Source: a virus | Lineage: Duplodnaviria > Caudoviricetes | Reading direction: 5' to 3' (one strand) | DNA length: 64,000 nt | IMG/VR virus record: IMGVR_UViG_3300028601_000022 | Location: 64,001-128,000 of that record | In this document: positions 1 to 9,339 of the stretch, in pieces | How the letters are laid out: every line of letters starts with the position of its first letter | How positions within the stretch are numbered: position 1 is the stretch's first letter | Notes under the pieces: model-generated | Database searches by the model: none | Seen by the model: the letters and a program-made list of their open reading frames with translations, nothing else | Told to the model about the DNA's origin: nothing | Made by a program: the position numbers and the translations under genes

Positions 1-672
1 TCCCTCGCCGAAAGTGGAATCGGATACAGGAGCTCTGAAGTACCACGGAGTTGCAACAATGCCACCTGAGGTATCAGCAGTATAGTACCTGCGAAAACCC
101 GATAGAATAAGCCACTGGTCATAGGCGTCCTTCTGCTTAGCCAAATCATCTACCGGATATGGGTCGTGGTACTTCTTCATCCACTCCACAGGGTTATAGG
201 TAACATACAGGTCGGAGGAATCAAACAGAGTCAGGCCAACACCGCTGCTATCTGACTCCGCAAGCAACTTTGCAAGCAGGAGATTAAAGCCGGTTGGCTC
301 TGCACTCATAGTATCCCATTTGAAAAACAAAATAGACCAACTTTTTTGCAGGAGATATTCAATCCTTTGGTCGTTAGTCATCCAAGATGGGTATTTTTCA
401 ATCTCCACTGCATACGCATTCGTTATCTCTTCTGGTATCTCGCCTACTTTAGGCTTCCTGCACCAGCATACGTGCCTTTCAGGGTCTGTAGTAGAGAAGG
501 ACGGCCTGTGGTCATACAGACCGTGAACTCCCTTTTCATTTAGCCTGGCTTGCGTTGCAATAAGCCAGTCCAGCATCTCCTTACCGGAAAGCGCCCAATA
601 AGAAGTACCCCACACGCTTGCAGCATGCTCAAAGGTAAATACAGGAGTTCTGTACTGTTTTATTGCAGCCAT
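1..672 (-). CDS. hypothetical protein, partial (runs off window start)
   Basis: Read manually: ATG at 672 (MAAIKQYRTPVF...) stays open to position 1; directly follows 679..1467. Confidence 0.7.
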   Translation of the reverse strand, partial: MAAIKQYRTPVFTFEHAASVWGTSYWALSGKEMLDWLIATQARLNEKGVHGLYDHRPSFSTTDPERHVCWCRKPKVGEIPEEITNAYAVEIEKYPSWMTNDQRIEYLLQKSWSILFFKWDTMSAEPTGFNLLLAKLLAESDSSGVGLTLFDSSDLYVTYNPVEWMKKYHDPYPVDDLAKQKDAYDQWLILSGFRRYYTADTSGGIVATPWYFRAPVSDSTFGEG

Positions 673-678
673 GACAAC

Positions 679-1467
679 CTACCTGTAAAACGGGTCAAAT
701 AATGCATGCCTTACTTTAGCTTGAACGCTAGACGCCACCTTTCTCATTGAAAGACCTTGCTTTCCAGAAATATCAGCATCCTTAATCTTGCTTTGCTGAT
801 TCCAATCTTCCGTGCTGATTCCTTTCCATGACCGCCGAATTGTGTAAGTATTAACCGGCAGACGCTCTGCACCAAGACGGAGATGCTCCTCTGTAATGCG
901 GTCAATACGAGCGTACCCGTAGGCTCTACCAGGTATGGCATCATCAGGGATGTAGTCTGTAAGAACAATTTCTCCTACAGAAAAGCGTGGATACTTAGGA
1001 TAGTAAACCACATCCCCGTAGCCAGGGCGCAAGTCATACACGCACCAGGCTTCCATAGGGACACCTTCAAAAGCGCGTTGTCTTTCGTTGTAAGTACGGA
1101 AGTCCGCGTACTCATTCCAGAAAGAAACAGCGCGGGATGGTATGGTGCTTATAGGGAAAGCACCCGCCATGTTAAGGCTCTCGCTGAGGAGCCCTATAAT
1201 GTTTTCAGATGCAAGGTCTACCGATACAGAGGTGCCGTCACGGTAGACAAACTTACCGGTGTTACGGAATACCTTAATAAGGTCAGCCTCTTTAACGAAA
1301 ATGTCACTACCAGGCTCACACTTTGCAGGGCGGGGCACCCGGAGAAGCCAGGGCCCCGCATTATGGATTACCCCAATCCAGTTAGGGCGTTCTACACTTA
1401 CGGAAGCTTTAAGCCTGCCTGACATGGGGTTTATTCCGCCCTTATTGAACATACTCCCTCCGTACAA
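679..1467 (-). CDS. hypothetical protein (likely ATG start 1452)
   Basis: 262 aa ORF in tightly packed minus-strand operon; GGAGG upstream of MFNKGG. Confidence 0.7.
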   Translation of the reverse strand: MYGGSMFNKGGINPMSGRLKASVSVERPNWIGVIHNAGPWLLRVPRPAKCEPGSDIFVKEADLIKVFRNTGKFVYRDGTSVSVDLASENIIGLLSESLNMAGAFPISTIPSRAVSFWNEYADFRTYNERQRAFEGVPMEAWCVYDLRPGYGDVVYYPKYPRFSVGEIVLTDYIPDDAIPGRAYGYARIDRITEEHLRLGAERLPVNTYTIRRSWKGISTEDWNQQSKIKDADISGKQGLSMRKVASSVQAKVRHALFDPFYR

Positions 1468-1470
1468 GGC

Positions 1471-2850
1471 TTACTTATTATTCATACGCAGCCAGTTATC
1501 GACCACGTTTTTCAGACCGGTGCTAGACAGGCTGCCCGGGCCGCCATTGTCCATATCGAACTCAGGGTCGATGCCAGTGCGGTCAATTTCTTTCGTTACC
1601 AGGTCGTCTGTGGTAAGACGGTCGCTGGTGATGTTGAGAACGCGGAAAAGGAAGTAAACAAAGGAGCCCTTCTTGTACACCTTTTCAATACGGAGTCTGC
1701 CCGAATTGTAGCGGGAATTTTTAGGAAGACCCGCGTAGGCCTGCACGTCCATGTAAAGATTCTTGTCCCACTCGGTTGGGTTAGTCGTCTTGGGGAGTTC
1801 TCCAGAGGAGCCGAGATTGGAGTTTACCTTGCGTACAGGAACCTTCACCGTAATGAAGTTGCGCTTGTTCTTGTCCTTGAGAACTTCAATGTCAGGGTCA
1901 TTAAGAATGCGCAGGCGTTCCTTCACCTTCTCTATGCGGCTCTGTACTGTGCCTTCAATTTCATGGCCGAAGATAGCGAGGTTGTTCTTCTGCGCCAGAT
2001 AGGACAGAACGTCCTTGGCTTCATTGACAGAGGAAACCTTGTAAAGGATTTTGGAAAGGGCAATAGGGTCATTGAACTTGTTCATCATGCCTATGCTGAA
2101 CTGGGAAATCGCAGGCTTTTTAACACCGCGCTTATCCACAAGCATCATGGGGAGGATTTTGCCCCGCTTTTCCTCGGATGCAAGGAACGTGATGGTAACG
2201 ACCAAGTAGGTGTTCTTGGTTTCACCGAAGATGGTAGGCACGTTCACAAGGGGAATGTAACGAGCCCAGCGAATCTGCCCTGACTCGGTAACGCCGGGAA
2301 TGTACTTTGATTCCTTCACCTTGATGTCTGCATCTGTCCCGAGCGCCTTCAGGTCATTCACAACATAGACAATGAGGGGGCGGAAAAAGTCCATATCGTG
2401 GGTTGTAAGCTGCACAGGAACATGGCTCTTTGTGAGTTCGGAGAGCATTTTCTCCTTCTCGGTATTGAGCGCAGACAGTTTCTTTACAAGAGCCTTAGCC
2501 TGCGTGAGGAGCTTTGAGGCGGCCGGATTGTCGCCGAAGTCGGACTCAATCTGCACAACCAGGCTGGCAGCCTTGGCCCATTTTTCACGGGTGCTCTTGA
2601 AGGTAGCAACGGAGTCTTCAAGCTGCTTACGCACAGACACCCTAGCTGCCTTTACAAACACCTTCTTGAGCCGTACCATTTCCTTCTTCAGCTCCTCCGC
2701 ATCATCCTGCAGGCCCTCAAGCGCCTTGGTGTACTTCTGCAAAGTAGAACCAAGGTCGCTGGTTTTCTTCGCAGTCACCGTAGCTTTGCGCTGCAAAGCA
2801 GCCTTAAGGGTAAGGGAGACGTTGCCCCGGATACGGGAAAGTATATCCAT
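1471..2850 (-). CDS. hypothetical protein with N-terminal coiled coil, possibly virion-associated
   Basis: 459 aa ORF, helical K/E/A-rich N-terminus, structural-gene context. Confidence 0.65.
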   Translation of the reverse strand: MDILSRIRGNVSLTLKAALQRKATVTAKKTSDLGSTLQKYTKALEGLQDDAEELKKEMVRLKKVFVKAARVSVRKQLEDSVATFKSTREKWAKAASLVVQIESDFGDNPAASKLLTQAKALVKKLSALNTEKEKMLSELTKSHVPVQLTTHDMDFFRPLIVYVVNDLKALGTDADIKVKESKYIPGVTESGQIRWARYIPLVNVPTIFGETKNTYLVVTITFLASEEKRGKILPMMLVDKRGVKKPAISQFSIGMMNKFNDPIALSKILYKVSSVNEAKDVLSYLAQKNNLAIFGHEIEGTVQSRIEKVKERLRILNDPDIEVLKDKNKRNFITVKVPVRKVNSNLGSSGELPKTTNPTEWDKNLYMDVQAYAGLPKNSRYNSGRLRIEKVYKKGSFVYFLFRVLNITSDRLTTDDLVTKEIDRTGIDPEFDMDNGGPGSLSSTGLKNVVDNWLRMNNK

Positions 2851-2896
2851 GACTAACCTCGTCTGAATTGTTTTGTAGTAAGTTATGCACTAGGTG

Positions 2897-3916
2897 CTAT
2901 ACAATAAAGATGGTATCTTCACACGGATACTTGGACAGGCTCGCCTTGCTTGGCAGGATGTAGTAATGCTGGTTGGGCCTTACAAGGTTTGCCTGGCAGT
3001 TCCAAGAGATAGTCACACCCAAGGGTCGGTTGCAATCTACCTCAACAATTCTGTATATGAAACCTTCATCATTAAGAATGAAGATATCCTGGGGAGTGAG
3101 GTTATTTATGCGGGCATCAAAGTTGGCAGTAAGACTTTCCTGGACTTCTTCCCATATGCGCAAACCGCTAGAGAAGTTCTTTGTCCAGTTAGGGAGGTCT
3201 ACATTCACCATCGTTGAGCCTGTAACGAAATACAGGAAAACGCCAAACAGCCCAAGGTCCGGTGTATCTGCATCCTTGATAGTGACCGAAAGGGATACAC
3301 GCTTTCCTGCATTAGCCAAGAGAGTGTCCGCAGTAAGAGGGCCGCCGTCAAGGTCAACTTTATATTTTTTAGGCGTTGTCTTCCACTTGATACAGACACC
3401 ATAAATGGCCTGCACATACTTCGGAATGGTTACAACCCAGGAAACCTTAGAGCCCTTCGTAGGAAGCTCAATCCACCAAGGGCGTTCCTTAGCTATTGAG
3501 GCTTCCTTTAACGTAGTTACGTTAGTTGCATCCAATACAACCGATTGGGAACCCTGCAAATCATAGCCGCCTGAGTACCCTGTACCAAAGCAGATAGGGC
3601 AACGCTCCGTAACCGAGGACGGAACGAACTCCTTCGTCTCCAGGAAGCTCTGCAGGTCAAGATAGCTGTCGCGTTTTTCAACGCGGGTAGCCTCTATAGA
3701 TTCCTTGGTGCAGGAGCATGCTGGGCCATTTCGCTTTGCTTTCCACACCTCACATAGCTGCATTACCACAGAGGAGTTAGCGTTTATGTGCTCCTGCTGG
3801 GCTTGCATAAGCATCCTCTTCGCGCGGGCATGGGCTTCCGGGAGAAGGTGCTGATTACGACCACCGTTTATCTTAGGACGAAACATCCCTGAAGTAGTGG
3901 TGTTTGTAGAGAACAT
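2897..3916 (-). CDS. putative neck/head-closure protein with CxC...CxxCxGxG motif
   Basis: W..CSC and CPICFGTGYSGGY resemble Zn-binding neck proteins of large myoviruses; GGAGG RBS. Confidence 0.45.
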   Translation of the reverse strand: MFSTNTTTSGMFRPKINGGRNQHLLPEAHARAKRMLMQAQQEHINANSSVVMQLCEVWKAKRNGPACSCTKESIEATRVEKRDSYLDLQSFLETKEFVPSSVTERCPICFGTGYSGGYDLQGSQSVVLDATNVTTLKEASIAKERPWWIELPTKGSKVSWVVTIPKYVQAIYGVCIKWKTTPKKYKVDLDGGPLTADTLLANAGKRVSLSVTIKDADTPDLGLFGVFLYFVTGSTMVNVDLPNWTKNFSSGLRIWEEVQESLTANFDARINNLTPQDIFILNDEGFIYRIVEVDCNRPLGVTISWNCQANLVRPNQHYYILPSKASLSKYPCEDTIFIV

Positions 3917-3934
3917 TGCTGGCCTCCAATGCGC

Positions 3935-4297
3935 TTACTTTTTCTTTGTGCCAGGCTTGCGGTGTACCGGGACTTTCGTTACCTGGATAACGCCGGCATC
4001 AATTTCGATTATGTAGTTCCGGCTACCTATGGTGGCCGAGGAGCATACCGAACGGCCATTGTAAGCAGGAGAATTGAAGGGACGGTCACCGGGGAGCATC
4101 ACCTTTTTAAGGAGCATATTGAGCATGGTTACAAATCCATGACAATTTACTCCAGGGCCGTCGGAAGACCAGCGCAAACAGAAGCCCTTGTTGGTTTCAC
4201 GGAACTTGGAGAACCCTATCTTGTTTGCAGCCTTGGCTACAGGGTCAGCCGTAGGGGCAGCAACTATGGTTACTTGGGATACTTTCATAGGAACCAC
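3935..4297 (-). CDS. hypothetical protein
   Basis: 120 aa ORF abutting neighbours. Confidence 0.55.
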   Translation of the reverse strand: MVPMKVSQVTIVAAPTADPVAKAANKIGFSKFRETNKGFCLRWSSDGPGVNCHGFVTMLNMLLKKVMLPGDRPFNSPAYNGRSVCSSATIGSRNYIIEIDAGVIQVTKVPVHRKPGTKKK

Positions 4298-4609
4298 CTA
4301 GAACAGGCCAGACATGCCTTTCTTCAGGCACTCAAGGTTGGTGATTTCCAATTCAGCAGCCTGATTTCTTTCATCCTCGCTGTCAACGTAAACAGGAGAA
4401 ATTTCAGGCCCGAGAGAGAACACGCCGGGCGCCTTGGGGAGGTTGAATACGGGGGTTTCCCCTGCAGGGAGCATTCCAAGTTTGCGCAAGCGACGGACAA
4501 GATAGTCCTCGCGGGTAATAGGCTCTTTACGAAGCCGCCGCTTTATCTGAATAGTAACAGGCATAACATACTCCTGGTTATTATCATTAGTGAACATGCA
4601 AAACTTCAA
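4298..4609 (-). CDS. hypothetical protein
   Basis: 103 aa ORF abutting next gene. Confidence 0.5.
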   Translation of the reverse strand: MKFCMFTNDNNQEYVMPVTIQIKRRLRKEPITREDYLVRRLRKLGMLPAGETPVFNLPKAPGVFSLGPEISPVYVDSEDERNQAAELEITNLECLKKGMSGLF

Positions 4610-4631
4610 GATAGCCAGCGTATAGGCATGG

Positions 4632-4670
4632 AAAAGCGCCTAACCTACATAAAGTAAGCTAGGCGCTTTT
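4632..4670. terminator. intrinsic terminator downstream of the H1-like gene (symmetric A/T flanks)
   Basis: AAAAGCGCCTA...TAGGCGCTTTT inverted repeat. Confidence 0.7.
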
Positions 4671-4704
4671 AGTTCAGCTAAGGCGCAGTGCCGGTGAATG
4701 AAGT

Positions 4705-5508
4705 CTACTTCTTGGTCTTCTTGGCCTTCTTGGCCGGGGCCTTCTTGGCCTTGGTAGCCTTCTTGGGAGCCGCAGCCTTCTTGGGAGCAGCAGCCTTCTT
4801 GGTCTTGGGAGCAGCAGCCTTCTTCGTGGCCTTGGTGGCCTTGGTCTTCGTGGCCTTGGTGGCCTTGGTGGCCTTGGTGGCCTTGGTGGCCTTGGTGGCC
4901 TTGGTGGCCTTGGTCTTCGTGGCCTTGGTGGCCTTGGTCTTCGTGGCCTTGGTGGCCTTGGTGGCCTTCTTGGTGCCGCCCTTGGCCTTGCGGGTTTCGG
5001 CAGCCTTCTTGAACGAAGAGGCATCAGCGCGGCCGACCTTGCCGTACTTCTTGCGGCGCTGCATCCAAGCAAGCTTGGCAGCGCGTTTGCGCTTGGCCGG
5101 GGTGTAAGAACGCTTCATGCCCTTCAGGCGCTTTTTCTGTTCGGGAGTCAGCTGACGGCGATGGCTCTTCTTGTACTTGCGCAGTTTGGCCAGGGTGGCA
5201 GCGTCGGACTTGGTGAGCTTGCCGCCGGCGCGCGACTTCTGGAACACAACGGCAGCCTTACGGGCGAGAGCGGCGCCCTGCTGCTTTTTCTTGGAAAGAC
5301 CTTTCATGCGGTCGGCCACGGAAGTCTTTTTCTTGGCCGGGGCCTTCTTGGTCTTGGGAGCCGCAGCCTTCTTGGTCTTGGGAGCCGCAGCCTTCTTGGT
5401 CTTGGGAGCCGCAGCCTTCTTGGTCTTGGTGGCCTTAGGGGCTTTGGAAGCGGCGGGCTTCTTGGTCTTCTTGGGGGCCTTTTCTTTCGCGGCAGTTTTC
5501 TTGGCCAT
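4705..5508 (-). CDS. histone H1-like Lys/Ala-rich DNA-binding protein
   Basis: 267 aa with KKAAAPKT and KAT repeats and almost no acidic residues; GAGGAG RBS; own terminator. Confidence 0.8.
   Translation of the reverse strand: MAKKTAAKEKAPKKTKKPAASKAPKATKTKKAAAPKTKKAAAPKTKKAAAPKTKKAPAKKKTSVADRMKGLSKKKQQGAALARKAAVVFQKSRAGGKLTKSDAATLAKLRKYKKSHRRQLTPEQKKRLKGMKRSYTPAKRKRAAKLAWMQRRKKYGKVGRADASSFKKAAETRKAKGGTKKATKATKATKTKATKATKTKATKATKATKATKATKATKATKTKATKATKKAAAPKTKKAAAPKKAAAPKKATKAKKAPAKKAKKTKK
4826..4968. repeat. tandem 9-bp repeat (GTGGCCTTG) encoding KAT units
   Basis: Visible tandem array, interrupted by GTCTTC. Confidence 0.9.
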
Positions 5509-5611
5509 GATGTATCTCCTCGGATTGTTTCTGGTATAGTATGCGCTAGTGTTTCTGGCACCTTACCGTACCAGACCCGCTAAACGTACCCTTAAGGAGC
5601 AGCCCACTTCC

Positions 5612-6118
5612 CTATGAAGTGAGCTTTCTTGCGTATTGGTAAAGTCTGCTATACTGCGCAGGGTCTAGGTCAGACCCCAATGACATTGCCAGCATCGAAC
5701 CTGCAAGGGCGAGCTTGGAAAGCGTTATTGGGTCGTCAGTGCTAAGTGCATTACTTACCAACACCTGTGCGAGTTGAATAGAGCGAGTCCTTGATACCTT
5801 CGGACCCAACTTTGCCAGGCTACGCTTTTCTTGCTCATATATGGCACCCATCGGGATTACAGCCCCGGTGAGCTTTGCCTTTGACCTTGATGTGCTAATG
5901 ACCTTGTACTTGGCATTTGCAGGAAGCATGACTTTGTTATCCAGGATGTCCTGAACAACTATGCCTTTCTTCTGAACCTCTACCACAGTAACAACGTCAC
6001 CTTTAGGTATGATGATGCGTCCGGCTTTGATTGCTGTAAGCAGCTTTATCCGAAACCCGGATTTGAGTTCCATACATGAACTCCTTGTGTATAGACTAAA
6101 CTGAGGTTCATAAGGCAA
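5612..6118 (-). CDS. hypothetical protein
   Basis: 168 aa ORF; likely start at MELKSG with AGGAG RBS. Confidence 0.6.
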   Translation of the reverse strand: MPYEPQFSLYTRSSCMELKSGFRIKLLTAIKAGRIIIPKGDVVTVVEVQKKGIVVQDILDNKVMLPANAKYKVISTSRSKAKLTGAVIPMGAIYEQEKRSLAKLGPKVSRTRSIQLAQVLVSNALSTDDPITLSKLALAGSMLAMSLGSDLDPAQYSRLYQYARKLTS

Positions 6119-6136
6119 AAGTAGCCTATGTAAAGA

Positions 6137-6649
6137 CTAAGGCTTCTGACAATTATTTCCTGATGACCTAGGAGGTCCGGCTTCGGCAGTGCCAGGGGCG
6201 GGGGCATCTGCAGGGGGTGCATTAGGCTCAACGGGAGGTGCATACGGCGGGCTACCGTAACCCGGCCCGTACTGCGGACCGTAGGGGTCTCCTGGATACC
6301 CGCCGGGGCCCCGTTGCCTGTTGCGGAGAAGAATAGAGCTAACGTCCACTCCCTTCTTTGCAAACTCATACAAAAGACAGGCATACAGCATTTCCTGCAG
6401 GCCGGGAGGAAACGGCGTTGAGTAGGGAATCTCACCCATCACGTACCGTAGCCAATACGAAAACGCAAGATAAAACAACAACCAGGACCAGCACCTGCCC
6501 ATTGACAAAGTATTAGGGGTACTGCTGTCCTTATCCTCGTTATCGTACAGGAGGTCCTTTCTATTGGTATAGAGAACCCAAATGCCTGCAATGTGAAGTG
6601 CGCCAACGAGAACCAGTTGTGCTGTTACGTGGTACCCCAATAGAGTCAT
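6137..6649 (-). CDS. membrane protein, putative holin/lysis accessory, Pro/Gly-rich C-terminus
   Basis: 2-3 hydrophobic segments; start overlaps o-spanin stop. Confidence 0.5.
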   Translation of the reverse strand: MTLLGYHVTAQLVLVGALHIAGIWVLYTNRKDLLYDNEDKDSSTPNTLSMGRCWSWLLFYLAFSYWLRYVMGEIPYSTPFPPGLQEMLYACLLYEFAKKGVDVSSILLRNRQRGPGGYPGDPYGPQYGPGYGSPPYAPPVEPNAPPADAPAPGTAEAGPPRSSGNNCQKP

Positions 6650-6942
6650 TTTTCCTCCAGTGCCGCTTTCCGTTTGGTTTCCATGAGGTCATACCAGTCT
6701 CTCAGGAGCTTCTTTTTCCTGTTGCACTCCTTAAAATCCAGCCACAAAGTCTGGAAAGAGATAAGTATTTCCGCATTGGTTGTCAGGGCAGTAAAGGGCG
6801 TGGGCTCGCAGTCGTCCAAGAGAACAGAGGGCGGGCGCTCCTGCTTGGCCGCAACGACCTTTGTTTCCTTGGTAGCGCAGCCTGCAAGCGCGAGGGAAAG
6901 GGACAGCGTAGCAAGCATAAATAGATACTGCAAAGTTTTCAT
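6646..6942 (-). CDS. o-spanin (Rz1-like lipoprotein)
   Basis: Signal peptide with lipobox LAGC, PPS.LL.DC..TP, overlaps i-spanin. Confidence 0.8.
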   Translation of the reverse strand: MKTLQYLFMLATLSLSLALAGCATKETKVVAAKQERPPSVLLDDCEPTPFTALTTNAEILISFQTLWLDFKECNRKKKLLRDWYDLMETKRKAALEEK

Positions 6943-7292
6943 TTCTTCTCTCCCTTTTCCTGCGTAAGGTTGCGAAGGAAGTTGCGAACTTCTTCAGGTG
7001 CCTGGCTAGCGCCCCAGGAGGAGCTACCTGGATTGCCAAGAATTTCCTCAAGTTTCTTGTTGGTTGCCGCGCGTTCGAGAGCGAGGTCTCGGTTCTGCTG
7101 CTCAAGGTCTTTTGTGACCTTGTCATTCGCCTCTATAACGCGTGTTTTCTGTTCCACATCTGCCCTGGCAGATTCCAACTTCTCCTCGGTTTCTTTCAAG
7201 TCCGAGCGAAGGCTTGTAGTCTGCCAATACAGGAGACCGCACACGATAAGAAGGGCTATGCTTACGCCCGACAAAATCTTGGTGAGAAGCAT
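6939..7292 (-). CDS. i-spanin (Rz-like)
   Basis: N-terminal TM helix, coiled coil, C-terminal W...P..V; precedes lipoprotein. Confidence 0.8.
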   Translation of the reverse strand: MLLTKILSGVSIALLIVCGLLYWQTTSLRSDLKETEEKLESARADVEQKTRVIEANDKVTKDLEQQNRDLALERAATNKKLEEILGNPGSSSWGASQAPEEVRNFLRNLTQEKGEKK

Positions 7293-7321
7293 GTTTCCTC
7301 CTGCATCTCCAATAAACAGGC

Positions 7322-8029
7322 CTACTGTTGCTGCTTTATCCAGGCTGCGCGAGCAAGGTCCATCTGAAGGATTTGACCTTCAATGAACACCTTGATGGAA
7401 TCAAGAAGGTCTTCGTCCTTGGTGACGTTGGTCTGAAAGTTGAAGTCCTCGTCAAAGTAGTTGAACACTACAATGCCGGTAAGCCAATGTTCCTTTGTAT
7501 AAACAGGAACAGCCAGAGCCGACTTGGCGGAGTCGTGCAAAGGGCTGCCAGAGAACGGTGAGTCCATTATGTTCGGTATGCGAAGAATGCCGTTTACTTC
7601 CAACTCCGCGCACCAGGACGCTATGGAGGCATAGGGAATGCGCTGAACCTTCTGCGCCTTCTTTGTGCAGCGCGATATGCCTGAGGTTTCCGCTTGAACC
7701 GAAACATACATGGAGTGAATCCTGCCCGGCCCGACAACGCCATTTTCAATACCAAGGTAGAGAATTTGGTCCGTCATGCAGTACGGGTTAGAATCAATAC
7801 CATCAAGATAGAATCCCAGACTCTGGATGATGTTTCTGGAAAAATTTGTCTCCCAATCACGCAACCGTGCGTCATAGCCTCGGCCAAACCCGGTTTTAAG
7901 GCTCTTAATATGCTTGGCTATCTTGTAATAGCCGGCATACAGGGTGGGAACCATTATGACGATGAAGGGGACAAGCGCATCCGTAACAAAATCACGCATT
8001 TCCTGGAGCGTGTAAGGCCACTCAAGCAT
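7322..8029 (-). CDS. putative holin with one TM and a GAF-like domain (T4 T-like)
   Basis: Single TM, then SALAVPV...LTGIVVFNY GAF-like strands; lies between endolysin and spanins. Confidence 0.55.
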   Translation of the reverse strand: MLEWPYTLQEMRDFVTDALVPFIVIMVPTLYAGYYKIAKHIKSLKTGFGRGYDARLRDWETNFSRNIIQSLGFYLDGIDSNPYCMTDQILYLGIENGVVGPGRIHSMYVSVQAETSGISRCTKKAQKVQRIPYASIASWCAELEVNGILRIPNIMDSPFSGSPLHDSAKSALAVPVYTKEHWLTGIVVFNYFDEDFNFQTNVTKDEDLLDSIKVFIEGQILQMDLARAAWIKQQQ

Positions 8030-8669
8030 TCACATTCCCCTTCAGGTAGGCCTCAAGGCTGTTGATACGGTTGAACCATCCGCCACCGAAGGTGCCAAAG
8101 GTAGACAGGCCCCTCAGGAAGTCCTTGCGGAGTTCGCATACCTTGAGCGCGAGCTTCAGATCCCATTCAGGGGACGCAAAGTCCTTAAGGCGAGCAAATG
8201 TCTTCGGCCCTAAGGCACCATCACACTCAAGCAACGGCACACCTTCAGTGACAAAGCAATTGACGGCCCTTTGCAGGTAGCTCTTGCCACGATACACGCC
8301 GGAGTTCACACAATAGTCATAGGTAGCGCAGGCAGCAAGTCGGGTAGGAAGCTTTTCAAGCCCTGTCCATACCCAAAAGAACTGCATAAGAATCAGGTCG
8401 CACTGGCGGGGCGTAAAGGACATAAGAAGTTCCGGGTCAAAGATGCGGGTCTTTTTCGAGGACTTCTTATTGGCGTATCCCATAATGAACTGGGCTTCTA
8501 TACCTATGGAGCGCAAGAACTCCAGCCCCTCCGGCTTGGAAGCAAAGTCCGTGATGAAGTGGGTGGCTACACCATTATTGGTAGCACCGCCGGGGTCATC
8601 CTTGTGGTTACATTTTCCCTTTTCCCAAACCGCGGTCACGGCTGCATGAAACTGCTCGATTGTAACCAT
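8022..8669 (-). CDS. endolysin, glycoside hydrolase family 108
   Basis: E..K..HKDDPGGATNNGV, DYCVNSG, LQRA, DGALGPKT, FGGGWFNRI. Confidence 0.85.
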   Translation of the reverse strand: MVTIEQFHAAVTAVWEKGKCNHKDDPGGATNNGVATHFITDFASKPEGLEFLRSIGIEAQFIMGYANKKSSKKTRIFDPELLMSFTPRQCDLILMQFFWVWTGLEKLPTRLAACATYDYCVNSGVYRGKSYLQRAVNCFVTEGVPLLECDGALGPKTFARLKDFASPEWDLKLALKVCELRKDFLRGLSTFGTFGGGWFNRINSLEAYLKGNVNA

Positions 8670-8704
8670 CGTGTAGCCTCCTTAAAAAGTTTTATATGCC
8701 AAGC

Positions 8705-9256
8705 CTAGCAAGTTATTCTAAGTTCCAAGCGGATGCGTCCTGGGTCTTGTCCTGCTAGTTCTTTGAATGAAAAGTACAAGTACGGAGGCGTTACTCGGTT
8801 TAGATACGGGGCAAGCCAGGTTTCCTGGAGGATTTCATCCGTTTTATCAGTAACGCCTTTATACAGCCAGTCTACGCCCTGACACTCCGCGTAGGGCCTG
8901 GTATGCAATGCCCATTCACATGACGGAGAATCGCAGGTCATGCGAATCTGGAATATCTGAATATAGCGCTGAAGGGGCGGCCCTATAGGTATATTCAGAA
9001 TGCTGCCGCTTGCCCCAATGTCAGAAAGATGCACACTAGCCATGTTATAGTATTCACTGTCATGGCGGATTGGCGATATGGTTAGTATGGCATTGGGAAA
9101 AAGCTCATAGCTTCTTATGCTCATGTTGACCAGCCTTTGGTATGGAGATACGGTTGAACTCACCGTTAGTGAGAAGTTCTGCTGATAGGAGGTTATCCAT
9201 TGGGATAGTTTCGGCAGAACCCGCGCCTGAAACCAGAACAAAGAATTTGCGCCCAA
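8705..9256 (-). CDS. hypothetical protein
   Basis: 183 aa ORF; start uncertain. Confidence 0.5.
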   Translation of the reverse strand: MGANSLFWFQARVLPKLSQWITSYQQNFSLTVSSTVSPYQRLVNMSIRSYELFPNAILTISPIRHDSEYYNMASVHLSDIGASGSILNIPIGPPLQRYIQIFQIRMTCDSPSCEWALHTRPYAECQGVDWLYKGVTDKTDEILQETWLAPYLNRVTPPYLYFSFKELAGQDPGRIRLELRITC

Positions 9257-9339
9257 TTAGAAACTCGGCAACCTTCTTACGAATAAGGATGTCACCTGTC
9301 CTAAGACGCAGCCGAAGAGTCTTTTCAGGCATTTCCACA

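Noticed and set aside
4674-5583. VAL-repeat and Pro/Arg-rich ORFs overlapping the H1-like gene
   Set aside because: Alternative readings of the same tandem repeats
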